A stretch of DNA of 64,000 nt from Candidatus Poseidoniaceae archaeon. Its GTDB lineage: Archaea > Thermoplasmatota > Poseidoniia > Poseidoniales > Poseidoniaceae. The notes under the pieces were generated by a model. That model made no database searches. It was not told where the DNA came from and was given only the letters and a program-made list of their open reading frames with translations. The stretch's first letter is position 1. Each line of letters opens with the position of its first letter. Of this stretch, positions 1 to 8,237 are shown piece by piece. A program made the position numbers and the translations under genes. Location of the stretch: contig CALJHE010000022.1 in the NCBI GenBank assembly GCA_938075675.1, positions 8,135 through 72,134 of the forward strand. Reading direction: 5' to 3'.

Positions 1-71
1 AACAGGGTAAAGCAGTCGAAAAACGACTCAGTCTGGCCAACGAAGGCGATGGAAACGGATACGAGCAAGCA

Positions 72-323
72 ATGCTCTCACTTGATTCCGCTCATTATGA
101 CTTAGATATAGCCCGCGGAGCTCTTGCTGACGGCAATGCGCCTGCGTTTGAAAGAGCGTTGGCGAGGGCAGAAGCGTATTTCATCGAGGCTGACCCTGCG
201 AACGATGACGGCTCAGGAGCAAGATTTGAAGATGAAGTGCCGCAAGGTCATGTGCTCACCTACGATACTACTGAAGAAGAGATTGCCTTTGTCGATTTAA
301 CTGTAAATGGCGAAGAAGAATGA
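72..323 (+). CDS. hypothetical small acidic protein
   Basis: 83-aa ORF, acidic (D/E-rich), no recognisable motif; could extend upstream of window. Confidence 0.3.
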   Translation: MLSLDSAHYDLDIARGALADGNAPAFERALARAEAYFIEADPANDDGSGARFEDEVPQGHVLTYDTTEEEIAFVDLTVNGEEE

Positions 324-379
324 CCTTCTTGGCCGCGTCGCGTTGATAAAGGGGTGGCAACTCGCAGACATTGGTCCAC

Positions 380-571
380 ATGGCTTCAAAGAAGAAATCC
401 GACGGTAGCGGTATTCAACAGGCTGCAGGTCTTATTCGATATTTCGACGAAGAATCTGAAGACGCTTGGAAGATTACTCCATTCCAGGTTTACGCTGCGT
501 GCATCGGGGTTGGGACATTCTTTTACCTTGTCAATCAAGGCGTTGTTCAATGGTTCATGGGCCTGTTCTGA
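380..571 (+). CDS. preprotein translocase subunit Sec61-beta (archaeal SecG)
   Basis: N-terminal MASKKKSDGSG...AAGLIRYFDEE followed by a single C-terminal TM helix; matches conserved archaeal Sec61beta layout; alternative start at 371. Confidence 0.6.
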   Translation: MASKKKSDGSGIQQAAGLIRYFDEESEDAWKITPFQVYAACIGVGTFFYLVNQGVVQWFMGLF

Positions 572-573
572 AT

Positions 574-930
574 TCAAACAGGTTGAATCATCACGATTCG
601 GTTTTCCTTCTGCGCCATACACTGAGCAACTTTCATAGCAGTGTGCATGTCCGTTGTTCCACCGATTACTTTGACCTGGTCTCCTTCGTGAAGTATGAGT
701 TTGTGAGTAATGTTGTACAGTGTGCCTTCTTCAATACGTTCGAAAACCCAGTGTTCATTTTCGATCCGGACCATAGCAGGGATTTCAACAAGAGGGCCCA
801 TCTGAGAACCTGTGGCTTGAGTACGGGCTTTGAGACCTTGAAGGTCACGTACTGGACTCCAATTCCTTCTTCGAACTGGTGCTCGTACTCGCTTGTTCTT
901 TGCTACGCCTTCTCTAAATGCTCTGCTCAT
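574..930 (-). CDS. hypothetical protein with basic N-terminus
   Basis: 118-aa ORF, Arg/Lys-rich N-terminal 40 aa then compact domain; no family recognised. Confidence 0.3.
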   Translation of the reverse strand: MSRAFREGVAKNKRVRAPVRRRNWSPVRDLQGLKARTQATGSQMGPLVEIPAMVRIENEHWVFERIEEGTLYNITHKLILHEGDQVKVIGGTTDMHTAMKVAQCMAQKENRIVMIQPV

Positions 931-1136
931 GAGGGTCCCATCCCTTGAAGCCGTTTGACTTCGTTTTGGAGCGAACTTGTTCTGCTAATAAGAACCGCGA
1001 CGGTTTCATTGGTTAATTGAGCGTTTTTCCGGCATTTACTTGCGAGGCATACCCGCAGGAGACGGGTGAAAGGACACTGATTTACATCGGTGAGTTCATC
1101 AAATACCGATGGTTGGAGAGTTATGGAGACGTCAAC

Positions 1137-1520
1137 ATGAGCGAGATTCCCGAAGGTCAATACTACACAAAAGAGCACGAATGGATACGCGTCGAAGGCG
1201 ACGAAGTGGTAATCGGAATCACGGACCACGCCCAAGATGCTCTCACTGACATTGTCTACATTGAACTGCCAGGCGAAGGTGAAACTCTTGCCGATATGGA
1301 CGAGTTCGCAATCGTCGAGTCTGTTAAGTCCGCATCTCCTATTTTCGCACCGCTTGCTGGTGAAATCACTGCAGTGAACGAAGCACTTGAAGACACTCCT
1401 GAACTCATGAATACCGACCCCTACGGCGAAGGTTGGATTGTGAAGATGAAGTTGGAGGACCCAAGTGCCGTTGAATCTCTCATGAGCGCTGCCGACTATA
1501 AGTCAGAAATTGGCGAGTGA
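1137..1520 (+). CDS. gcvH: glycine cleavage system H protein / lipoyl-carrier protein
   Basis: EHEWIRVEGDEVVIGITDHAQDALTDIVYIELP and ESVKSASPIFAPLAGEI lipoyl-lysine region; GGAG 8 nt upstream of ATG 1137. Confidence 0.8.
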   Translation: MSEIPEGQYYTKEHEWIRVEGDEVVIGITDHAQDALTDIVYIELPGEGETLADMDEFAIVESVKSASPIFAPLAGEITAVNEALEDTPELMNTDPYGEGWIVKMKLEDPSAVESLMSAADYKSEIGE

Positions 1521-2062
1521 AAAGTGTGAGCAGTGAACGCTGGAGCCTCTATGTTGACGGCTCTTGCCTGGGCAACCAAAACGTCGATGCATCAACACCT
1601 GCTGCTTGGGCGGTCGTTGTCGTAATTGGCGATAATGGGCTAGGCCGTGGAAGTGGCGAGTTGCATGAAGAATTTGCTGATGCGGTGATAACCGACCCAT
1701 CTCAGACTGATTTCATCGGTGCTGAGGTCGGTTCGAACAATACCGCTGAGCTTTCTGGTTTTGCAGCGGCACTCCGCTGGCTTCTCATCGAAGGCGGTGA
1801 TTTACCAGCAGTTGTCCGTGCAGACTCCCAGTATGCTGGTAACCTGGCATGCGGAGCATGGAAAGCAAAAGCAAACCGTGAACTTGTCGCACATGTTCAA
1901 TCGCTTTGGGACGCAGTAGCCGCACTGCGACCGCTCTCATGGGAGCACGTAAAGGCGCATCGAGGACATCGATGGAATGAACGCGCAGATCACCTCGCAC
2001 TTCGAAAAGCGCAGGGTGAGTTGCCAGTACCGCTAACCTTCTGGAAGCCTGGGCAGCGTTAG
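1517..2062 (+). CDS. rnhA: ribonuclease HI
   Basis: DGSCLGN...AWAVVV...NNTAELSGFAAALRWL...WEHVKAHRGHRWNERADHLA catalytic motifs; GTG start overlapping gcvH stop. Confidence 0.7.
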   Translation: MKSVSSERWSLYVDGSCLGNQNVDASTPAAWAVVVVIGDNGLGRGSGELHEEFADAVITDPSQTDFIGAEVGSNNTAELSGFAAALRWLLIEGGDLPAVVRADSQYAGNLACGAWKAKANRELVAHVQSLWDAVAALRPLSWEHVKAHRGHRWNERADHLALRKAQGELPVPLTFWKPGQR

Positions 2063-2925
2063 TTTTCATCAAGACGGGCCGTGAGCCAAGAACGGAACTC
2101 TTCACTCAGGTCGTTCCTTCGCAATGCATGATCCACTTGAGCTTGTAGCCAAGGAAGAGGTTTTCCCGAATCGTACCATTGATATCCGCTCAACTCGACA
2201 CCCAGTAATCCATCATGACTCATCCAATGCTGTTGTAAGGCAATGGACTGAAGTTCTCCGTGAGTTTGGACATCGTATTTTTCCAGCAGTGATTTGGCAT
2301 CAGAAGTGAAAAGATAACGACCACACATCACCAGATTCGAAGGGGCATCTTCAGGGTCGGGCTTCTCGCATATTTCCAATATCCGTTGGCCATCGAGACG
2401 TACTACCCCGTAGTTGGAAACCTCAGAGGGAGAAACTGGAAGAAGACCTACGCAGGGCAAACCATTGGATTGGAAGTGTTCGACCAGTTGTAGACTTGCA
2501 TTTGAGGGAGTGAATGCATGAGGTGGCGTGTGTTGATCCAACAGAATATTATCTCCAAGGAGGACCAAAAATGGACCGTCGATTGAGTCAAGGGCGCACT
2601 CAATTGCATTCCCAAGGCCAAGTGGTTCGTGTTGAATATGAACGTGAACTTCGACATCCGCAAACGGTGAAAGAAGCTGCGGGTCGAGATCTGGTCGGCG
2701 GTCCAAAAGCCAAGCATGGTCACCAAGTAGAGCGCTCATATCTTTGCGAGGAGAGGAAACAATATGCAGCCGTTCAACACCAGCGGTAACGGCTTCCCGG
2801 GCTAAGTGAACGAGGGCTGGAACATCGACTAAGGGGAGTGCTTCTTTGGGTACGGATGCGCTCGTTGGCAGCATTCGCGTCCCCAATCCAGCGGCAACAA
2901 GTAATGCATCCCGAACTGCCGTCAT
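2059..2925 (-). CDS. sugar-1-phosphate nucleotidylyltransferase (GalU/RmlA family)
   Basis: N-terminal LLVAAGLGTRMLP (GxGTRxLP), EKP motif, LGDNIL; start trimmed to Met before G-loop. Confidence 0.7.
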   Translation of the reverse strand: MTAVRDALLVAAGLGTRMLPTSASVPKEALPLVDVPALVHLAREAVTAGVERLHIVSSPRKDMSALLGDHAWLLDRRPDLDPQLLSPFADVEVHVHIQHEPLGLGNAIECALDSIDGPFLVLLGDNILLDQHTPPHAFTPSNASLQLVEHFQSNGLPCVGLLPVSPSEVSNYGVVRLDGQRILEICEKPDPEDAPSNLVMCGRYLFTSDAKSLLEKYDVQTHGELQSIALQQHWMSHDGLLGVELSGYQWYDSGKPLPWLQAQVDHALRRNDLSEEFRSWLTARLDEN

Positions 2926-2977
2926 GATGGCTGCTGTGTGGCGTAGGCTTTCAAGCGTAGCCCTCCTACGGTCGCCC

Positions 2978-3400
2978 ATGGGCAGAACTGTTGAGTGGCG
3001 ATGGTTCGCCGTCGCAGGAATCATTCTTGTTGCTCAATCCTTTGTGGACATCACTCCTGAGGGCCCCTGGAACTCACGCTCTTTTTCACGAGGTATCGTT
3101 GGCCTTGTCGGACTTCTTCTGATCTATTTGAGTTGGTTTCGATGGGCTTTCGACAAAAAGGGTGTTGCACCGACTGTTAATCTGTGGAAGAACCCCAGTG
3201 AAACATGGCAGAATGTTCTCTTAGTCGGCCTTTCAATGATGGTGACGGTGAAGGTCCTTGTTTGGACTGGGAGCGATGCATATACACCTGAACCAACGGG
3301 CATGATACTCACCTTAGCGGGCAGTATGGTAACGCTCAACGCGATTTACGTTGGGCTGATAACAGTCGGACCACTCGCTAATCCAGACGAAGAAGAATAA
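2978..3400 (+). CDS. small integral membrane protein (4 TM)
   Basis: hydrophobic helices; ORF trimmed to first Met not overlapping the neighbouring gene; acidic C-terminus. Confidence 0.4.
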   Translation: MGRTVEWRWFAVAGIILVAQSFVDITPEGPWNSRSFSRGIVGLVGLLLIYLSWFRWAFDKKGVAPTVNLWKNPSETWQNVLLVGLSMMVTVKVLVWTGSDAYTPEPTGMILTLAGSMVTLNAIYVGLITVGPLANPDEEE

Positions 3401-3401
3401 T

Positions 3402-4886
3402 CTAATCATCGATAAAACCGAGTTCTTGATCAAGAAGTTCGTATGCATCTTCGAGGGAAGGTAGTTCACCCGAATCATCCATGTCGCTGAGTGGCGCTGG
3501 CGTAGGTGGTGGGGAAGTCGGTTGATCGCCCTCACCAGCAAACCATGCTTGCCAAAGGCTACTGCGTTCTGGTCTGCGGCGTGTAAGTGGCTCCCAAAGT
3601 GCTTCCAATTCACATCCTTGTTCACGGAAATCATTGAGCCGTGCTGCAAAGTGGTCCGGTGAAACTTCTTCCATCCGCATCAATAATTCACGCATTCGAG
3701 TTCGAACAACTTCATCGCCGTCTTGCCACAAGAGTGGGAGAAGGCGGCGTTCGTCTTCGGAGTATTGTTCAATGTAATCGCGTAAAAACGGAACCAAGTT
3801 TCGCCGTACAATTGGCAACGGATGGACTGCGAGTTCAGCCATTGTATCGGCCCAAAGTTCAGAATCAAGGAAACGGAGGTCGCCAACAGTTGCACTTGCA
3901 GCCGCTAAAACTCCTTCATCTTCATCTTTCAACATGTCATTGAGAAATGGAACTGCATCCCATTCGAGTCGCCGGAACATCCGTGTGAGAACGTCTGCCA
4001 TTCCTCTTCGAAGTAATTTTTCCTTGCGCTGGTGGAGGCGTTGAGCAAGTTCAAGGCCGGTATCTCGGTTGAATTCAATCGCTTTGGCAAGACACAATGT
4101 GACGCGTGCCGCAACCTCGGATTCAGTATCTGATGCTCGGCGTAGAAGCAAAGCAGTGAGATCCAATGGTTCGACAAGGTTCGGACGTTGAAGGAGTAAC
4201 CGAACCCATTCCATAAGCAGAAGGCGACGTTCAACTGAACCGTTCTCAAGTTTCTCCATGAGCCATTTTGCAGCCTCGACTCCAGCGTCGTGGGCAATAA
4301 CTCCGGTGTTACGAGGTATCACTGCGTGGGGGTTCCATTCAAGTTGATGCGGTCCAATGTCTGGTTGAGTGTGCCAGGTGCCTGGGCGCTCAGCGAGTGC
4401 AATGGATTCAATCAAGTGATACCCTTGGTGAACCGGTTGACCGTGCGGAACGGTAGACAAACCGTTGATGAGCGCAATTGCCAACCACCATCGATCCGTA
4501 TTGGGCGCTGTATGGTCGAAGGCCTGAGAAAGCCAATCGGTGGCGACCGTAAACAAAAGGCGTTCAGCAACTTTGTCTACACGGCGGTGGAGCCACTTTT
4601 GATGCACCTCAAACGGGTCATCGCTGAGATTCATTCGGTGGGGAACAATAAGGTCGACAACGGTGTTGAGATTCGCCTCAAACATTGCTCTGTCCATTTG
4701 CAATATTCCGAGGGCTTGCTCGGTGATCTTGGCTGGTGAACGAGGTTCGATTGGCGGGAAGTCGGGGTCGGTCACGGGCGGTTGTGGAAGTGGCCAAGCC
4801 ACTGTTCCTCTTTCCATTGCTCGAAGAAGACCAGTTTCGACCGCTTCAAAGACGCGGTCTGACAACTTCATACGTTCTCTACCCAT
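3402..4886 (-). CDS. HEAT/PBS-lyase repeat protein with acidic C-terminal tail
   Basis: repeated ~30-aa helical units (e.g. LNDMLKDEDEGVLAAASATVGDL, LLWQDGDEVVRTRMRELL); Pro/Asp-rich tail. Confidence 0.45.
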   Translation of the reverse strand: MGRERMKLSDRVFEAVETGLLRAMERGTVAWPLPQPPVTDPDFPPIEPRSPAKITEQALGILQMDRAMFEANLNTVVDLIVPHRMNLSDDPFEVHQKWLHRRVDKVAERLLFTVATDWLSQAFDHTAPNTDRWWLAIALINGLSTVPHGQPVHQGYHLIESIALAERPGTWHTQPDIGPHQLEWNPHAVIPRNTGVIAHDAGVEAAKWLMEKLENGSVERRLLLMEWVRLLLQRPNLVEPLDLTALLLRRASDTESEVAARVTLCLAKAIEFNRDTGLELAQRLHQRKEKLLRRGMADVLTRMFRRLEWDAVPFLNDMLKDEDEGVLAAASATVGDLRFLDSELWADTMAELAVHPLPIVRRNLVPFLRDYIEQYSEDERRLLPLLWQDGDEVVRTRMRELLMRMEEVSPDHFAARLNDFREQGCELEALWEPLTRRRPERSSLWQAWFAGEGDQPTSPPPTPAPLSDMDDSGELPSLEDAYELLDQELGFIDD

Positions 4887-4916
4887 GATGAAACCTCAAG
4901 GAATCAAATAGAGCAA

Positions 4917-5843
4917 TCAGATGTCAAGTTCAATGTTCAAGTTCTGAATCAATTCCTTGTAGCGGTTACGGATGGTAACTTCCGTAACGCCAGCAACTTC
5001 AGCAACTTCACGTTGGGTTCTTCGCTTACCGCAGAGTACGGATGCGATATAGATGATCGATGCTGCAATACCGGTTGGGCCACGGCCGCTGGTCAGTTCC
5101 TTTTCTTGAGCTGCTTTGATTAATTCGTATGCTTTTGCTTCAACTTCAGCATCTAATCCAAGTCCAGAACAGAATCGAGAGATGTAGTCTTCAGGGCCTG
5201 TTGGCATGATTTTCATCTTCAATTCCCGAACCATGAAACGGTAGGTTCGTCCGATTTCCTTGCGCCCAGTTCTGGAAGCTTGTCCGATTTCATCGAGCGT
5301 ACGAGGCACTCCACATTGGCGGCAAGCGGCATACAGAGATGCTGCAGCAACACCTTCAATGGAACGACCACGAATCAAACGCTTGTCGACTGCTTTCTTG
5401 TAATTGACTGCTGCAGCTTCACGAACTGATTTTGGTAGTTCGAGTCGGCTTGCCATTCTGTCGAGTTCAGCCAAAGCCATTGCGAGATTGCGTTCTGTTG
5501 CGTTCGAAACACGGCTTCTCTTTTGCCACTTACGCATTCGGTAGAATTGCGAACGGTAGCGTGAATTGATGGTTTTACCGGAATAATCTTTGTTCTGCCA
5601 GTCGATATCTGTCGACAGACCTTTGTCGTGAAGCATAACCGTCATTGGAGCACCTGTACGGGCACGTTGGTCTCCTTGTTCAGGAGAGAAAACACGCCAT
5701 TCAGCGCCTTGGTCGATGACATTGTCTTCTAAAACCAAACCACAGTCGTCACAAATGACTTCACCGCGTGTTTCGTCGCGGGTTAAATTTCGACTTGCGC
5801 AGTCGCTGCATTTTACGATATCTTCTACTTGTTGCTCATCCAT
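4917..5843 (-). CDS. tfb: transcription initiation factor IIB (TFB)
   Basis: N-terminal Zn-ribbon CSDC...CDDCG, two cyclin-fold repeats, near full-length similarity to archaeal TFB. Confidence 0.9.
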   Translation of the reverse strand: MDEQQVEDIVKCSDCASRNLTRDETRGEVICDDCGLVLEDNVIDQGAEWRVFSPEQGDQRARTGAPMTVMLHDKGLSTDIDWQNKDYSGKTINSRYRSQFYRMRKWQKRSRVSNATERNLAMALAELDRMASRLELPKSVREAAAVNYKKAVDKRLIRGRSIEGVAAASLYAACRQCGVPRTLDEIGQASRTGRKEIGRTYRFMVRELKMKIMPTGPEDYISRFCSGLGLDAEVEAKAYELIKAAQEKELTSGRGPTGIAASIIYIASVLCGKRRTQREVAEVAGVTEVTIRNRYKELIQNLNIELDI

Positions 5844-6064
5844 GTATATTCCTCATTTTACTCCCTTGCCGAGCATCAACGCTCAACTCACTAGAGAACT
5901 TTATTATACTCCGACAAGTAATGGTATTTAAAGTCATGCGGATTATAGTATAAAGTTAAGTACACAGAAAAGAGAAGAGACTCGCTTGTTCGCCTTAAGA
6001 AACCAAATATTCCTCCCGAACCGGTTATGAACACTGAGCGCTTGAAAGGGTTTGAGGGCGAAAG
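5844..6064. promoter_or_regulatory. AT-rich divergent intergenic region (candidate BRE/TATA promoters for tfb and the aconitase gene)
   Basis: GC drops sharply; several TATA-like elements (tttaaa, ttattatac, aaatatt); exact boxes not assignable by eye. Confidence 0.3.
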
Positions 6065-8053
6065 ATGAGAGGACAGTGGCCGCCAGCAAAAGTTGCTCTA
6101 AACGCTGAAAAAAGGGTTCTTTTCCTCACAAAAGACCTCGACCTCATCAGACGGCAACTGTACGATGGCCTCAATCTCAAGATGAAAGACCTCACCATCG
6201 ACGATTTACTTGACGATATCAACACCGACGTGATGACGCCTGCTTGGGTATGTTTCGATCATGACCCTGCTGAAATTGCAAAGAACGCTTACGCAGGACT
6301 GATGCACAACGGCTTGAGAGTCTTCAATGAAAACGCACTCAAGAACGGAAATTTTGAAGTGATTGTGTCTGGTCAACGCAAAGGGACTGGGTCTTCACGA
6401 GAGACTGCTGCTCAATGTGAACGCTGGGCAGGAATCAATATCGTTATCGCTGCATCATTCGCTCCAATCCATGAACGAAACAACATCAATCTTGGACAAA
6501 TAATGGGCGATCATGCTATGCTCGAAAGACTTCAAGAGGGTGAAGAAATTGACTTGTCAGAATTTACCAGCCAATACGATGAAGTCACTCAAATCATCCT
6601 CGAAAAAGGTGGTCTGTTTCCTTTCGCCAAATCACTCAAGGCGGGAGAAATCAAACTTCCCGCAATTGAAACACCGCCACGCGCAATGACAATGGCTGAG
6701 AAAATCATCGCCCGGAACCTTGTCGGTCAAGATGATGGACAATGCGTCAAACCCGAAGACCCTGTCATTGCCCAAGTCCAAGGGGGCTACTCTCACGAGT
6801 TTACAACCGCTCAAGTCCATACCTTCTTGCAGGAAGAATACGGCAGAGAATACTCCTTGCCGAACCCTGGTAAGTTCGCTGTGTTCGAAGATCATCTGCT
6901 TTATGCACACCACAACCCTAAATTCGTCCCCTTTATGGACAAAGTACAGACATTAAGAGATTTGCAAATTGCGTTCCAACAGCACACTGAGGTGCGTGAT
7001 TATTCTGCGAAAGATGGTGTTTCGCCTGGCATTTGCCACCAGGTAGCGCGTGAAGAGTTCATCGAAGTTGGGGATTTCATCCAAGCAACAGATTCCCACA
7101 CCTGCATGGGCGGAGCTTCAAATGCCCTGACATGGGGCGTAGGTGCGACAGAATACGCCAACCTCATCAGCGCTGGATTCACTTTTGTGAAAGTTCCAGA
7201 ATCGATTCGATTTGATCTCCAGGGCACGCTTGCACCCGGATGTACTGCAAAAGACGTCATCCTCTACATTCTCGCCGACCATGCGCGCAAGGAGCTTACC
7301 CTGAACCGCAGCATGGAATTCGGTGGCCCAGGACTTGCTGGTTTGTCGGTTGACGAGAGGGCAACCTTGTGCAACATGGCGACTGAATGTTCTGGCCGAA
7401 CTGGCATTTGCGAAGCTGACGACTTGCTCTACGACTGGATGATTGCTGCTCAACCGCACCTTGATATTGAAACTCAGAAGGCACTCGCTGTCCACCCTGA
7501 CCGAGGCGCACACTACGATGGCGGCGTTCACATCATCAACATGTCAGAAATTCAACCGATGGTTGCACATCCGGGCGACCCGGACAAAGGAATCCCGAGT
7601 GACCCAACGAATGGAGCAGATGTGGCCGATATCGGTAGCGTCTCAATCGACATCGCCTATGGAGGGTCATGTACTGCTGGTAAAGCGGACGATGTTGCCT
7701 ACTATGCTCAAGTTTGCAAAGCGGCTGAAGAGGCTGGACTTGTCGTCAAAGACGGCGTGGATTTCTACATCCAATACGGCTCAGGCATTGTCAAGGACCT
7801 GGCAGTTCGAGAAGGATGGCATGATTTGTTTGGGCGAGTTGGTGTCAAACTCATCGACCCCGGCTGCGGTGCATGTATTGGTGCAGGCCCTGGTGTATCC
7901 ATCACTCCTGAACAAGTGACGGTTTCAGCCATAAATCGCAACTTCCAAGGACGTTCTGGGCCTGGAAAGCTCTATCTTGCTAGCCCGCTAACAGTCGCTG
8001 CATCTGCTTTCACAGGAATCATCACATCATGGGATGAAAACATGTTTAGTTGA
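6065..8053 (+). CDS. aconitase-family hydro-lyase, swivel (LeuD-like) domain N-terminal to the catalytic domains
   Basis: SGQRKGTGSSRETAAQCERWAGI swivel motif at aa 100-140; catalytic domain with DSHTCMGGA, Cys ligands, SGPGKLYLASP. Confidence 0.75.
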   Translation: MRGQWPPAKVALNAEKRVLFLTKDLDLIRRQLYDGLNLKMKDLTIDDLLDDINTDVMTPAWVCFDHDPAEIAKNAYAGLMHNGLRVFNENALKNGNFEVIVSGQRKGTGSSRETAAQCERWAGINIVIAASFAPIHERNNINLGQIMGDHAMLERLQEGEEIDLSEFTSQYDEVTQIILEKGGLFPFAKSLKAGEIKLPAIETPPRAMTMAEKIIARNLVGQDDGQCVKPEDPVIAQVQGGYSHEFTTAQVHTFLQEEYGREYSLPNPGKFAVFEDHLLYAHHNPKFVPFMDKVQTLRDLQIAFQQHTEVRDYSAKDGVSPGICHQVAREEFIEVGDFIQATDSHTCMGGASNALTWGVGATEYANLISAGFTFVKVPESIRFDLQGTLAPGCTAKDVILYILADHARKELTLNRSMEFGGPGLAGLSVDERATLCNMATECSGRTGICEADDLLYDWMIAAQPHLDIETQKALAVHPDRGAHYDGGVHIINMSEIQPMVAHPGDPDKGIPSDPTNGADVADIGSVSIDIAYGGSCTAGKADDVAYYAQVCKAAEEAGLVVKDGVDFYIQYGSGIVKDLAVREGWHDLFGRVGVKLIDPGCGACIGAGPGVSITPEQVTVSAINRNFQGRSGPGKLYLASPLTVAASAFTGIITSWDENMFS

Positions 8054-8237
8054 GCGCAGGACCCGTCTTTCGAGTCGAATCTCATCTTAGGAAATCTCAG
8101 TGCTTCTCATCGGTTCTCAAATCGTAATCGTTGATGAAGCGGAGTCTTAGACATTAAGAACCGTCGGTAAGCAAGGTTACTTACCACGTAGGCCCGACGT
8201 CATTCGGACGAAGGAGGACCTGGTTGGAGGAAGTCCC

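Noticed and set aside
2846-2977. N-terminal extension of the small membrane protein ORF (2846-3400)
   Set aside because: It overlaps the start of the nucleotidyltransferase gene on the opposite strand. An internal Met at 2978 immediately precedes the first TM helix.
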